Positions 1 through 11,134 of a stretch of 64,000 nt of DNA are shown one piece after another. The DNA lies in assembly GCA_964016885.1 (NCBI GenBank), contig OZ024742.1, forward strand, positions 357,430,001-357,494,000. The letters run 5' to 3'. Below the pieces are notes generated by a model. It was not told the origin of the DNA, searched no databases, and worked only from the letters and a program-made list of their open reading frames with translations. Source of the stretch: Eledone cirrhosa. Its lineage: Eukaryota. The translations under genes were made by a program, and so were the position numbers. Position 1 is the first letter of the stretch, and every line of letters begins with the position of its first letter.

Positions 1-248
<248 letters not shown>

Positions 249-856
249 CAATAAGTAGCAGTAAGTGCCCACGAAATAATAGCTCTTTCAATTGCGCAGA
301 GGGTTCTATAGAAATAGTGGACAGTTTCCGTTACCTGGGTGATAAAATCAGCAGTGGGGTAGGGTGCTCTGAAAGTACAGTAGCTAGAGTCAGAACTGGT
401 TGGAAAAAGTTCAGAGAGCTTATACCACTATTAGCTGCTAAAGGGTTCTCCCTAAAAATGAAAGGCAGGTTGTACGATGCCTGCATACGAACAGCAATCT
501 TGCATGGCAGTGAGACCTGGGCATTGTGTGCAGAGGATATACGCAGACTAGAGAGGAACGAAGCTTGCATGCTCCGCTGGATGTGTAACAGTAATATACG
601 TGAACGGCAAAGCATAAACGAACTAAGGAAAAAATTAGAAATAAGAGGGATCAGATGTTGTTTACTCGAGAGAAGACTACGTTGGTATGGACACGTGATG
701 CGCATGAAAGTCGATAGCTGTATAACAAAGTGCAGGGCAATAAAGATAGACGGTAGCCACGGAATAGGCAGACCTAGAAAAACCTGGGACGAGCTGATAA
801 ACTCCGACCTCACACACACCTCTCCAAGACAATGTCACTGGACCGAGACCTTTGGC
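249..856 (+). mobile_element. RTE-clade LINE fragment, ORF2 C-terminal (post-RT) region
   Basis: ORF 317..913: [29 protein letters not shown] motifs; near-identical to 5330-5732 until 856, where it switches sequence. Confidence 0.92.
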
Positions 857-1895
857 CTCTTGGACGAGAATGCGAGCACTCCTCGTTGTTTCGACCGCGG
901 ACGGCTAACATAACCCCATCGCCCCCCGTCCCCAACCCCCAAACGCAATCCAAAACTTCAGAGTTGGTACCATAAATGTAGGCACCCTAAAGGGTCGCGC
1001 TAACGAGGTTGTAGAAATGCTTGAACGTAAGGAGGTCGATGTTTGTTGTATTCAAGTGACCAGGTGGAGGGGTGGTTCTGCTAGGTTCATTGAGGGTAAA
1101 AAACGATGTTATAAGCTTTTCTGGGTGGGAAACGACGATGGGCTGGGTGGAGTAGGAATCATGGTAGCAGAAAAGTGGGCAGATAAGATAATAGACGTAA
1201 ATAGTGAACGACAGAATAATTAAAATACGACTTGTCCTCAATAGAACTACGGTGACAGTAATATCTGCGTACGCACCCCAATCCGGACTGCCCGGCACTA
1301 TAAAAGACAGATTCTATGAGACACTGATGCTAACTACCTCCCAAATATCCGACAGTGACTATATAATTATCGCAGGCGACCTAAATGGTCACGTTGGACA
1401 ACATTGTGACGGCTACGACGGAATCCATGGAGGCTATGGGTTCGGTACTAGAAATGAGGAAGGCTCCAGAATCCTGGAATTCTGTGATGCAAATAACCTA
1501 ACTATCTGTAACACTAACTTCAAAAAACGTGACAATCACCTGATCACCTATAGATCCGGGGAACACACAAGCCAGGTAGATTATATCCTTACCAGAAGAC
1601 GTGACAGAGTGTCTGTTGTAAACACTAAATCCCTCCCCCATGAAGAATGCACCTCCCAACATAGACTGATAATTAGCGACCTCATAGTCAGGACGAGACG
1701 TACTCGACAGCAGAAGAGGACTATCCTCAGGAGAAAAATATGGAAGCTAAAGGAGCCCACAGTCAGGAATAAATTTCAAAGCATATTACTTGATGCTTTC
1801 GACAGTAAGGAAGAACATTTAGAGTCGGACAATATAGAGGGAGAGTGGGAATTTCTGAAAGCAAACCTGCTGTTGGCGACAGACGAAGTCTGTGG

Positions 1896-1896
<1 letters not shown>
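857..1896 (+). mobile_element. RTE-clade LINE fragment, APE endonuclease domain (frameshifted)
   Basis: FRVGTINVGTL start, SAYAPQ, AGDLNGHVG, SQVDYIL, SQHRLI motifs across ORFs 1017..1223 and 1204..1956; frameshift near 1200; ends abruptly in (TA)n. Confidence 0.92.
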
Positions 1897-1939
<43 letters not shown>

Positions 1940-2510
1940 ATATATATAACAATTAAATGTAGATAAAATGGGGTTATTTCACTAGAATTGAGTTATTGCA
2001 TGATATATATTTCTGTTACATGGTTATGCATTTGACTTCATCAGATGCTCATACAATCATAGGTGCAGTTATGCAATCATATAATACATGATTGCATAAC
2101 TGAAATATACATATATACAAAAGATAGCATTAATAGAGTTTCTGAACCTACCTGACTTTCTTTCCTCATAACTTTCTTAATAATGTATATTTTGCAGAGA
2201 TAGATTTTTGTCGATTTAGATAAGTTTTTTGGTACAATTGAAAGAAAAATGTCATTTTCACTCACAGAGCATACTGGCAGTCCTATGTGAATTTAAATGA
2301 AGCATTACTAAAATATATATTTTTATAGAAGACATCTTGTCTATTGAAATACTGTTATATTAAATATAAAAACTTTCAAAATTACTTTTATAAATATAAT
2401 AGAACATTGACATGCTCATACACAGATTTATAATCATGCATAGACTATGGCATATGCACATACACTTGTGGACAGATAAATATAAACAGACTATATATAT
2501 AGAGATATAT

Positions 2511-2584
<74 letters not shown>

Positions 2585-2801
2585 TATGTATGGTAATATT
2601 GGAGTTTTCCAGTATAGATCCTGATAAAATGAGAGATGCTCTATGCTATCCAGTTTCCTTGATACAGCTGTAATTCAAAATCGGCTGAGGATTTTCCCAG
2701 CCATTGTAGATTCAGTTGTAGACTGTTAGGCTACGGGCAGCAGAGCTCAAAATTTATAAATAGAGAAAGAATAACCAAGTTCTACATAAAACATACTTTT
2801 C

Positions 2802-2888
2802 ATTCTACATATGTTTCAATGTAGAGTGATGGGCCATACCTCTATACGTATGAGGTAAATGTCCCTTGCTCTACATGTCTTCAGGAAT
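2802..2888 (-). ncRNA. Type I hammerhead ribozyme motif
   Basis: Minus strand: ATTC-CTGAAGA-cATGTAGAG...CTCTACATt-GAAAC-ATAT-GTA-GAAT; stem I ATTC/GAAT, palindromic stem III ACATATGT, GUA site; first pair of stem II mismatched. Confidence 0.7.
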
Positions 2889-3010
2889 TTAGATAAGTTT
2901 CAAGAGTAATATATACAAGAGATGACTCCATACCATAGATGAGGGCCATGCCTTATCAATTAATACATTGCAAATTACAAGCAAAATCAAAAGCAACTAA
3001 GAATATCTAA

Positions 3011-3090
3011 ATTCCTGAAGATATGTAGAGCAAGGGGCACCTCGTATGTATTGTGGAATGGCCTGCCTCTCTACATTGAAACATATGTGG
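3011..3090 (+). ncRNA. Degenerate hammerhead motif (inverted partner of 2802-2888)
   Basis: CTGAAGA 3015-3021, stem II ATGTAGAG/CTCTACAT, GAAAC 3078-3082, ATAT, then GTG (non-cleavable triplet). Confidence 0.55.
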
Positions 3091-3542
3091 TAAAATGTAA
3101 GGTATCCTAGTTGGATAGTTCATTGACATAGACGTGAGGGAAGGTCCCTCGTCTATTTACCATTTTGTGTTTGTGAGAATTATAACAAAGTGAGTGAGTG
3201 TGTACACAAACAAGACAATAACCACAACGAGAGTTAAATTCAACAATTGTAAATAATGGTGATTTATTTATACTACAAATGGAACGTACCAAATGTTGAC
3301 GTGGTCAGTTGTGGTGAAAGGAACGTATTACCATTACAAAAGTATTGTGGGGTTTATTGTTTGCTGTTCCCTTGGCTGTTTTCTGGCGTGTGATCAGTCT
3401 GCTTTCTAGTGGCTGTCTGTTTACTCCTCGTGTTCTCAACCAGCGGGAGATAACTAGGGTTGTTCTATTATCCCGGCAAGAGGCGTGAGGCGTCTTACTA
3501 CACATATGTAGGTGTACAATTATGTTTTAAGTGTAACTTGGT

Positions 3543-3623
<81 letters not shown>

Positions 3624-3628
<5 letters not shown>

Positions 3629-3932
3629 ATATGCCCCTATCCCATCCCACTGCAAAGTGGTTGTGGAGGTGCCATGGCAAAAATGCACCCAGCCCACACT
3701 GTAAAGTGGACGTGTAAGTGCCACGGAAAAAAAGCACCCACCACTCACTGTAAATGAAGTCGGTGTTAAGAAGGGCATCTAGCTGTAGCAATCAAGCCAC
3801 AATCATTTTCCGTATGAGCAAGACAAGGACACCCGACCTAACATTGCCCACAACAGGACAACCTGTTTAACCCATGCTAGCGTGGAAGAATCAATGTAAA
3901 ACGGTGATGATGATGATGATGATGATGATGAT
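3624..3932 (+). mobile_element. RTE LINE 3' UTR fragment with (GAT)n tail
   Basis: Matches the 3' UTR of the LINE at 29458-31076 (cccacactgtaaagtgg, gaagggcatc, acccatgctagcgtggaagaa, GAT tail). Confidence 0.88.
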
Positions 3933-4113
3933 ATATATCATTCGGGTTCCTAAATAGAATATTAACGAACCAAAGTATCATCTTCCTGTTTTCTTTCGGT
4001 TGCATCATTTTTCGAAATATTTACTTCTGCGTACACGGATTGATTTTTTTTAGTTTCAGAAGATCCCGCTAAGGGTGAAAGCAGCGATTTTTTGCTTAAA
4101 CTTTAATCTGTTA

Positions 4114-4196
<83 letters not shown>

Positions 4197-4255
4197 TTAT
4201 TTATTTATTTGTTTATATATTATAAGTATGGCCGTGGTGTAAAATTTTCATGAGG

Positions 4256-4354
4256 TTTATTCAGATGTGATGCGCGTTTCACAACTGATCAGCTCAGGGT
4301 TCAATATTTATCGATGGGGCCCCACTCTGGTATCAAAAGTTCATCAGACTTTTG
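4256..4354 (-). ncRNA. Degenerate type I hammerhead motif followed by AATAAA
   Basis: Minus strand: CAAAAGT-CTGATGA-ACttTTGAT...ATCAGttGT-GAAAC-GCGC-ATC-ACATCTG-AATAAA; ATC is plausibly decayed GTC. Confidence 0.6.
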
Positions 4355-5325
4355 TTAGCTTAATGAAAGTAATTGACTCTATATAGAAAAAGGGAAAGGT
4401 AATAATCTGACCATGATGTCTATTGGTTTTGGCTTGTATTCAGAAAGTTTTTTCCAAGGGTGTATTGAAGAAATCTTCTGAAAATTATGTGGGAAGTGGT
4501 TTTGTGGAATGTATTTAATTAGGTCACTTGCTGGGCTGGTCAGACACTAATGGTGGCTTATGGTCAGAGATGTCATTGTAAACAGCTGGCAAGGGGATAT
4601 TGCACTGGGATAATAGAAAGGATTGGGGAAGGGCATGGGTGGTAGAGAATGGTTAGTTTGTCTATAGAGGCTAGAAGTTAGGGTAAAGAAATAATCTGGC
4701 TGAGGGTAGAAAAGGGAAAATTATAAAAAGAGAAGAGAAATGATAGATGGATGAATAAAAATTCATTATACCCCAGTAGACTCCTGAAAAAGCTTACTGA
4801 ACACAAGCCAAATCTGTTAGGTGATGCAATTGGGATTTTACCTTCTTCCATAATATATCTACATCTTCCCAAATATAGAGTACTCCTCTGATTTTTGGTC
4901 TCCACAGTCTCATCATCGCAGATTTTCCATAGATATATATGGTAGAAAAGAGGGGCAGAGGCGACTTGCAGAATTTGTTCCTATAGCTATGACTTCCTAT
5001 TTTTGCCAGCCACTGGAAGTGACATGAGACAGGGACCCAGACTTCCACCTCAGCATTAGGGATCATACAGTGTTTGGCACACCTAGAACCAACAGTGCAT
5101 CCTGCCACTCCCTCATATCATAAACATTTTAAAAGTAATTTGAAATTGTTTGTTTAAATATTTGTATACCATTTGGAGAGCTCAGGCTAATGGAGTGGGT
5201 AGGAAGAGCACTACCTAGCCATCGACCCCAATGAAATATCATGGATATGAAAATAAACTTACATACAACTACATATGGCCTATGATATATTCAAAGTTCT
5301 CTCTCTCTCTTTATATATATATATG

Positions 5326-6385
5326 AAAAATGAAAGGCAGGTTATACGATGCCTGCATACGAACAGCAATGCTGCATGGCAGTGAGACCTGGGCATTGTG
5401 TGCAGAGGATATACGCAGACTAGAGAGGAACGAAACTTGCATGCTCCACTGGATGTGCAATAGTGATATACGTGAACGGCAAAGCATAAACGAACTAAGG
5501 AAAAAATTAGAAATAAGAAGGATCAGATGTTGTTTACTCGAGAGAAGGCTACGTTGGTACGGTCACGTGATGCGCATGAAAGACGACAGCTGTATAACAA
5601 AGTGCAGGGCAATAAAGATAGACGGTAGCCACGGAGTAGGCAGACCCAGAAAAATATGGGACGAGCTGATAAATTCCGACCTCACACGCTTACACCTCTC
5701 CAAGACAATGTCACTGGACCGAGACCTTTGGCGGTACTCAGTAATAGAGAAGACCCGCCTTACCTAAATACAAAGTCAAAACCTACTACAGTCAGTAGGC
5801 ATCTCTATCAACCCCCCCCCCCGTCCCACCACCTCCACCCCATCCACACCGCCCCTTTCAATGTAAAGTTATGTTGGTCCCACAACATCCAGGCCGAAAC
5901 AAATGAGATCGTGTAGGTGTCACGATAAAAAAACACACAGTCCACGCTGTAAATGTGGCCGTGTAGGCAACACGGTAAAAACCTTCCAGCCCCACACTGT
6001 AAATGTGGTTGGTGTTAGGAAGGGCATCCAGCTGTAGAAAACCCGCCAGACAGTCCACGCTGTAATGTGGCCGTGTAGGCAACACGGTAAAAACCTCCCA
6101 GCCCCACACTGTAAATGTGGTTGGTGTTAGGTAGGGCATCCAACTGTAGAAAACCCGCCAGACAGTCCACGCTGTAATGTGGCCGTGTAGGCAACACGGT
6201 AAAAACCTCCCAGCCCCACACTGTAAATGTGGTTGGTGTTAGGAAGGGCATCCAACTGTAGAAAACCCGCCAGACAGTCCTATGCAAGCAAGACAACCAC
6301 TCTTGCCTCAAGTGGGAAAACCCCCGTCCAAACCCATGCAAGCGTGGAACACGGACGCTAAACCTGATGATGATGATGATGATGA
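5326..6385 (+). mobile_element. 5'-truncated RTE LINE: ORF2 C-terminus plus 3' UTR with triplicated ~112-bp block
   Basis: ORF 5330..5767 (LHGSETW, LRWYGHV); cagtcc block starts at 5938, 6051, 6163, 6275; (GAT)n tail. Confidence 0.92.
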
Positions 6386-6456
6386 TATATGTGTTAGGTA
6401 ATTCAGAAGGAAAAGCAAAGGAAAAAAGAGTGCTCTATGTGAAGAAGAGAGCTATT

Positions 6457-6742
6457 TAATTAGAAAGTGAACAAAACAAAATATAACTACTCCATTACCA
6501 AAGGTTTCTGGATGCCAGACAATAATAATATATGTCTGGATCGGTCGTCAGACAGATATGTGAGGGATAAAAAATATGAAATGAGATTTAAAATGTGTTA
6601 AAAATTGGAAGTGAAGCTGGAAAAATAACAAGAAATATATTTCCCGTTATTTTTCCAGTCTTGATCCAGACGTATATTATTATTGTCTGGGATCCAGAAA
6701 CCTTTGGTAATGGAGTAGTTATATTTTGTTTTGTTCACTTTC

Positions 6743-6748
<6 letters not shown>
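6457..6748. repeat. ~86-bp inverted repeat (6457-6542 / 6663-6748), PLE-like
   Basis: Arms are reverse complements with about 2 differences; right arm ends in (TA)n. Confidence 0.9.
6491..6556 (-). ncRNA. Type I hammerhead ribozyme motif
   Basis: Minus strand: TCTGT-CTGACGA-ccGAT-CCAGAC...GTCTGG-cATCca-GAAAC-CTTTG-GTA-ATGGA; stem I with G.U pairs, stem III ACC/GGT, GUA site; base of stem II imperfect. Confidence 0.62.
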
Positions 6749-6795
<47 letters not shown>

Positions 6796-7110
6796 ATTAG
6801 AATACTGGAGCGTGTTGGAGTCAAACACCCTCTTCGTATTATAGAAATGACAGTAAAAGGTATAGCTCAATGCAGTTAAACAGAGCCAAAAAATTTCTTA
6901 AATGCACGCGAGGCCTAAGTGTGTATATATTTGCTTTTGCTTTTGTTTTTTAATTTCCGGTTGATTGTATTTATTTATTTTATTCTATATTCTATTTGCT
7001 ATTCACTGTCTGACTTTGCTTACTCATCCACATATGTCTGTCTACTAACCTTGTAATTATAAGTATTTATATATTTTATGCCAATTTATAATATATTATA
7101 TTATATTGTA

Positions 7111-7289
7111 TTGTAATATTGATCCTTATTACTTACTGTTCATTATATGTAACATTATGATATTTAAACTTTATATATCATGTAAGATGTCTGGATTTTT
7201 GTAATATTGTAATATTGATCCTTATTACTTACTGTTCATTATATGTAACATTATGATATTTAGACTTTACATATCATGTAAGATGTCTG
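7111..7289. repeat. Direct tandem duplication, period 96 bp
   Basis: ttgtaatattgatccttattacttactg...gtaagatgtctg at 7111 and 7207. Confidence 0.9.
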
Positions 7290-8084
7290 TATATTTTTTT
7301 CTGTAACATCATAATTTTTCCCTGTACCATTATAGTGTTTTTTTTTAGTATTATATAATTTATTTTTCCTCATTTATTCTGTAACCCAGTATGAATCGAT
7401 TTGTATATATTGTTTATGGTAAATGTTAGTACACTGTTAACGTATTATCATTGTATTTTATTGTGACATCTATATTGTTTCTGTAAATTAACCGGGGATT
7501 ATCTATTTTATTTTATTATATTATATTGAATTATATAATTTTGTTGTTTATTATTTGTTATATGTGTTTCTTGTAATTATATCATATTATTGCCTCATGT
7601 ATATTGGGTAGATGTATTAGTATTATTTTCACTCTTATCATGCTTATTTTTATATTCAAACTTCTAATAGGGCTTAATTTTGTGTAGCGGAACATAGATG
7701 TGTGTGTTGTTATATATGTGTGTGTGTGTGTGTGGGTGCGCACATATATACATGTATATATTGTACCTTTTGATTTTTAATTTGTAATTTTAATGTTGGT
7801 AAAAGTATATTATTATTATAATGTATTATATTGTGTTATATATAATTCCTGCTCTATATAACCAAATTTGTTTAGATTTAGGTTAGTTGCTTTGGACTAT
7901 ATTTGTAATATGGTTCTTAATGTTATCTACATCCTTAGTTATTCTTATTATATATTTTTATTATTTTTATTTTTATTTTCATTTTTATTATCATATATAT
8001 TTTTGTAAGACATTAGTGTATGTACACTCCATATTCTTCAGAGTTTCCGGCTTGTATCTGCCGATATTACCTCTTGTTGTTTTG

Positions 8085-8132
8085 ATTGCTCTGATGAGTC
8101 CTTAATAGGACGAAACATTGTCGGCTAATAAA
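8085..8132 (+). ncRNA. Minimal type I hammerhead ribozyme with canonical core
   Basis: CTGATGA 8091-8097; stem II GTCCT-TAAT-AGGAC 8098-8111; GAAAC 8112-8116; ATT; GTC 8120-8122; stem I attGCT/GGCtaat; AATAAA 8127-8132. Confidence 0.88.
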
Positions 8133-8170
8133 AACTTTTGATGTATTAAAGGATTCTTTGTTTTACTCTC

Positions 8171-8207
<37 letters not shown>

Positions 8208-8344
8208 ATACATTGGGAGGGTCATGTTGCCAATAAGAAACACACGCACCAGTTGCTTTCACTTCAATTTATTATAATAAATTTATAAATTTATAAATTT
8301 CTGGTTGGTTGGTTGGTTCCACAACCAGATAGTTGTTTATATAT

Positions 8345-8389
8345 AGTCATAGTTCTTTCGTCACACACTCTGTGACCTCTTCAGTGACT
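8345..8389 (-). ncRNA. Hammerhead motif (left arm)
   Basis: Reverse complement of 8790-8834. Confidence 0.68.
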
Positions 8390-8789
8390 GGGGATTCCTT
8401 TCTTTGTTTCTGTGCCTCTCCTTTGTTCTGTCCTACGCCATTTTGTTTCTGTGTGTGTGTGTTGTATGCTCAGTCTGCGCATGCGCCATATCCGGGTGTC
8501 TGTGTGTGTTTATGTTCATTTATTTATTTGTTTATTTACATGTTACTGGTTGGTTGTTTGTTCTGTGTGTGTGTGTTTTCATTTTGTCCTTAATTGTAAG
8601 TTGTGATGTTGCTGTTCCACTCATATTTTCTATTTAATTTTGGTTGTAATTCTTTTTTTTTTTTTCTTTTTTTTTGTTTATTGCCTCTGTAATTTGTCTA
8701 AACATTGCGTCTTTTCTGTGTGTAGATTCTATTTTTATTTCTATGTTCTCTAATTTACTCTTGTGTTCTAAACAAAGAAAGGAATCCCC

Positions 8790-8834
8790 AGTCACTGAAG
8801 AGGTCACAGAGTGTGTGACGAAAGAACTATGACT
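8790..8834 (+). ncRNA. Hammerhead motif (right arm)
   Basis: AGTCA-CTGAAGA-g-GTCACA-GAGTG-TGTGAC-GAAA-GAA-CTA-TGACT: 5-bp stem I, 6-bp stem II, one extra G, minimal stem III, CUA site. Confidence 0.68.
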
Positions 8835-9041
8835 ATATATATACAACTATCTGGTTGTGGAACCAACCAACCAACCAGAAATTTATAAATTTATAAATTA
8901 TTATAAATTTATTATAATAAATTGAAGTGAAAGCAATTGGTGCGTGTGTTTCTTATTGGCAACATGACCCTCCGAAAGTATAACAATATCGGTTTCAACA
9001 CACGATTTCAGATAAAGAATCTTGCTAAACAAATTCAGAAA

Positions 9042-9084
<43 letters not shown>

Positions 9085-9277
9085 CACCCTCATCATCATC
9101 ACTGATTAACATCTACTTTTTCATGCTAGCATGATGCTAGCCAGATTAGATGACTGTGTCTTGCTCATACACAACTGACTCTGGCTTAATTTCTATGGCT
9201 GGCTGCTCTTCCTAAAGCCAACATGTATGCATATTTATTGTATATATATTACATACATATATATTGACAATACAATT

Positions 9278-9437
9278 AAATGAGGTTGGTGTTAGGAAGG
9301 GCATCCAGCTGTAGAAATCAAGCTAAATCAGTTCCTGTATGAGCAAGGCATAGTCAGCCGACCAGACACTGCCCACAACAGGACAACCCGTCTAACCCAT
9401 GCTAGCGTGGAAGAACGGACGTAAAACGGTGCTGATG
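9278..9437 (+). mobile_element. RTE 3' tail fragment (an older minus-strand tail lies at ~9081-9222)
   Basis: gttggtgttaggaagggcatccagctgtagaa...gcgtggaagaacggacgtaaaacgg. Confidence 0.85.
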
Positions 9438-9898
9438 AATAATGTGACACTTGTGTGTCTACGTTTTCTGTGAATTTTATATATTAAAGTCATTTTTTAT
9501 TACAAACATTTTTTTCCTATTATACAATATATGGGTATCAAATTCACAGCATAAATCTTTAATATCTTCATAAAAAAATGGATCTACTTATGGGAGATTA
9601 AATGGTTTCCAAGTTTTTTAAAAACAAATGTTTCATTCAATTTATAGTTAAATAAAAACATGTTACATTCAGAAGATGTCTGAGAAAAATATCTAAATAA
9701 AAGTTTTAGAAACTCATTGAAACTTTATAAAACTGAAATAGTAAAAAAATATTATGTAATTTAGTTGTGAAACAAAAGCTTTACTCTAAAAGATATTTTT
9801 AAAAGTTTTAGATATCAAAATATTACAACTTCCTACAAATATTCTCCACTCATTGGAATTTATAAAACTGAACCATCTAAACATAATGTGTTGATTAA

Positions 9899-10119
9899 CC
9901 CTTTAGAATTTACATTACTCTATATCTGCTATTGTATTATTGTGGTAAAGGCTTTACCTCACATAATTATCTCACATAATATCAAATCTCTGAGATTTTG
10001 ATATTATTTATTTTGGAATAATACCTTAACATAAGTACGAGCAGCCGGTTATGGCCAATTTGAACAGAAAGAGGGGGAGAGAATTCTGGCTGGATACAGC
10101 CAGTTTAAATGCTAAAGGG
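9899..10119. mobile_element. piggyBac-type MITE, 221 bp
   Basis: TTAA|CCCTTTAGAATTT ... AAATGCTAAAGGG|CTAA; second copy in opposite orientation at 16803-17023. Confidence 0.75.
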
Positions 10120-10130
10120 CTAACTGCTGC

Positions 10131-10294
10131 CAGGGCCTCAAAAAGAAATTTTGCAAGGCAGTACAAGATCCCATTGGGGCCCGAAGCAGGCATAGGTTTT
10201 TCTCGAAATTGATGATGCATGGTTGCTGTGGGACCTTCTTAGCTTTTGGGCCCTGGAACAAAGTACTACCTGGAATCCCCTCTCATAGGCCCTG
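10131..10294. mobile_element. hAT-type MITE
   Basis: TIR CAGGGCCT/AGGCCCTG; perfect 8-bp TSD ACTGCTGC (10123-10130 and 10295-10302). Confidence 0.85.
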
Positions 10295-10379
10295 ACTGCT
10301 GCAGCTTGTTCACTGTTTTTCTAGTTTTCCCGATTTCTCTGGCATAAAATAGGGTTGGGCAGCTTATATCTGAATTAAC

Positions 10380-10740
10380 TTACACATGGCGTAACGCAGT
10401 AATATAGAAGACCCAACTTCCCACGGGTACAAGCCGAAGCTGAAGCATATAGACAATATGCCCACCCCCTCCCACTGTAAAGTGGTTGTGGAGGTGCCAC
10501 GGCAAAAAGGTACCCAGCCTACACTGTAAAGTGGACGAGTAGGCGCCATGGAAAAAAAGCACCCAGCACTCACTGTAAATAAGGTTGGTGTTAGGAAGGG
10601 CATCCAGCTGTAGAAATCAAGCCAGAATCAGTTCCTGTATGAGAAAGACAAGGTCAGCCAACTGGACACTGCCAACAACAAGACAACCCGTCTAACCCAT
10701 GCTAGCATGGAAGAACAGGCATAATACGGTGATGATGATG
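10380..10740 (+). mobile_element. RTE 3' end fragment
   Basis: Same 3' UTR and GAT tail as the other RTE copies. Confidence 0.88.
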
Positions 10741-10749
10741 CAATATACA

Positions 10750-11030
10750 TTTCTTCTTCTTAGGCCACTTCTTCTGTCACCAATTGATCCAGTGGGATCT
10801 CCAAGTGAGACCAGCTGAGTTCATGGATCTTGTTCAACCATCTTGCTTAGAGTCTACTCCTGAGTTTTCTGTCATTTGGTTTTGCCTATAAAATCTGTCT
10901 AGCATTTTTTTCCTCAGACATTCTGACTACATGTCTGTAGTATTAGAGCTGTGATCTCTCAATTTGGAGAATTAGTGTCTCTACCTGGAGTGAATCCTCA
11001 TTTATGAGCTATGCACTTTATTGAGTAACA
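10750..11030 (-). mobile_element. Old degenerate RTE fragment with (GAA)n-like tail; related copy at ~13010-13260
   Basis: Minus strand reads LQIERSQL*YYRHVVRM (RTE C-terminal motif); gagctgtgatctctcaatttgga shared with the 13190 region. Confidence 0.65.
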
Positions 11031-11134
11031 TTATTTAAAAGACCGTTTAGCCACAACTTGTATTTGCAATCGTATTCTTTTGATTATTACACAAGATTCA
11101 TGAACATAGGTAAGTGTTGGCACAAATACAGAAT

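Larger units (their letters stand above)
2762..3550. mobile_element. Penelope-like (PLE) terminal-repeat remnant with inverted arms
   Basis: ~2790-2895 is inverted relative to ~3003-3105; 2762-2813 is inverted relative to ~3503-3550; arms contain hammerhead motifs. Confidence 0.6.
6792..8175 (+). mobile_element. Non-coding T-rich segment between (TA)n tracts ending in a hammerhead and AATAAA; putative PLE/retrozyme remnant
   Basis: Bounded by TA runs; hammerhead about 50 nt from the right end; no credible ORF. Confidence 0.5.
8201..8988. mobile_element. ~210-bp near-perfect inverted repeat (8201-8409 / 8770-8988), PLE-like
   Basis: Arms are reverse complements; 360-bp T-rich spacer; TA runs on both sides; a hammerhead motif in each arm. 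Confidence 0.8.

Noticed and set aside
4057-4090. Additional hammerhead-like motif CAGAAGA-TCCC-GCTAA-GGGT-GAAA
   Set aside because: Core has CAG rather than CTG and there is no stem I or NUH site; too degenerate
4678-5108. Possible Penelope RT/GIY-YIG relic upstream of the 4.3-kb hammerhead
   Set aside because: Only vague motif resemblance (AIGTNSAS) and no YxDD; needs an HMM search
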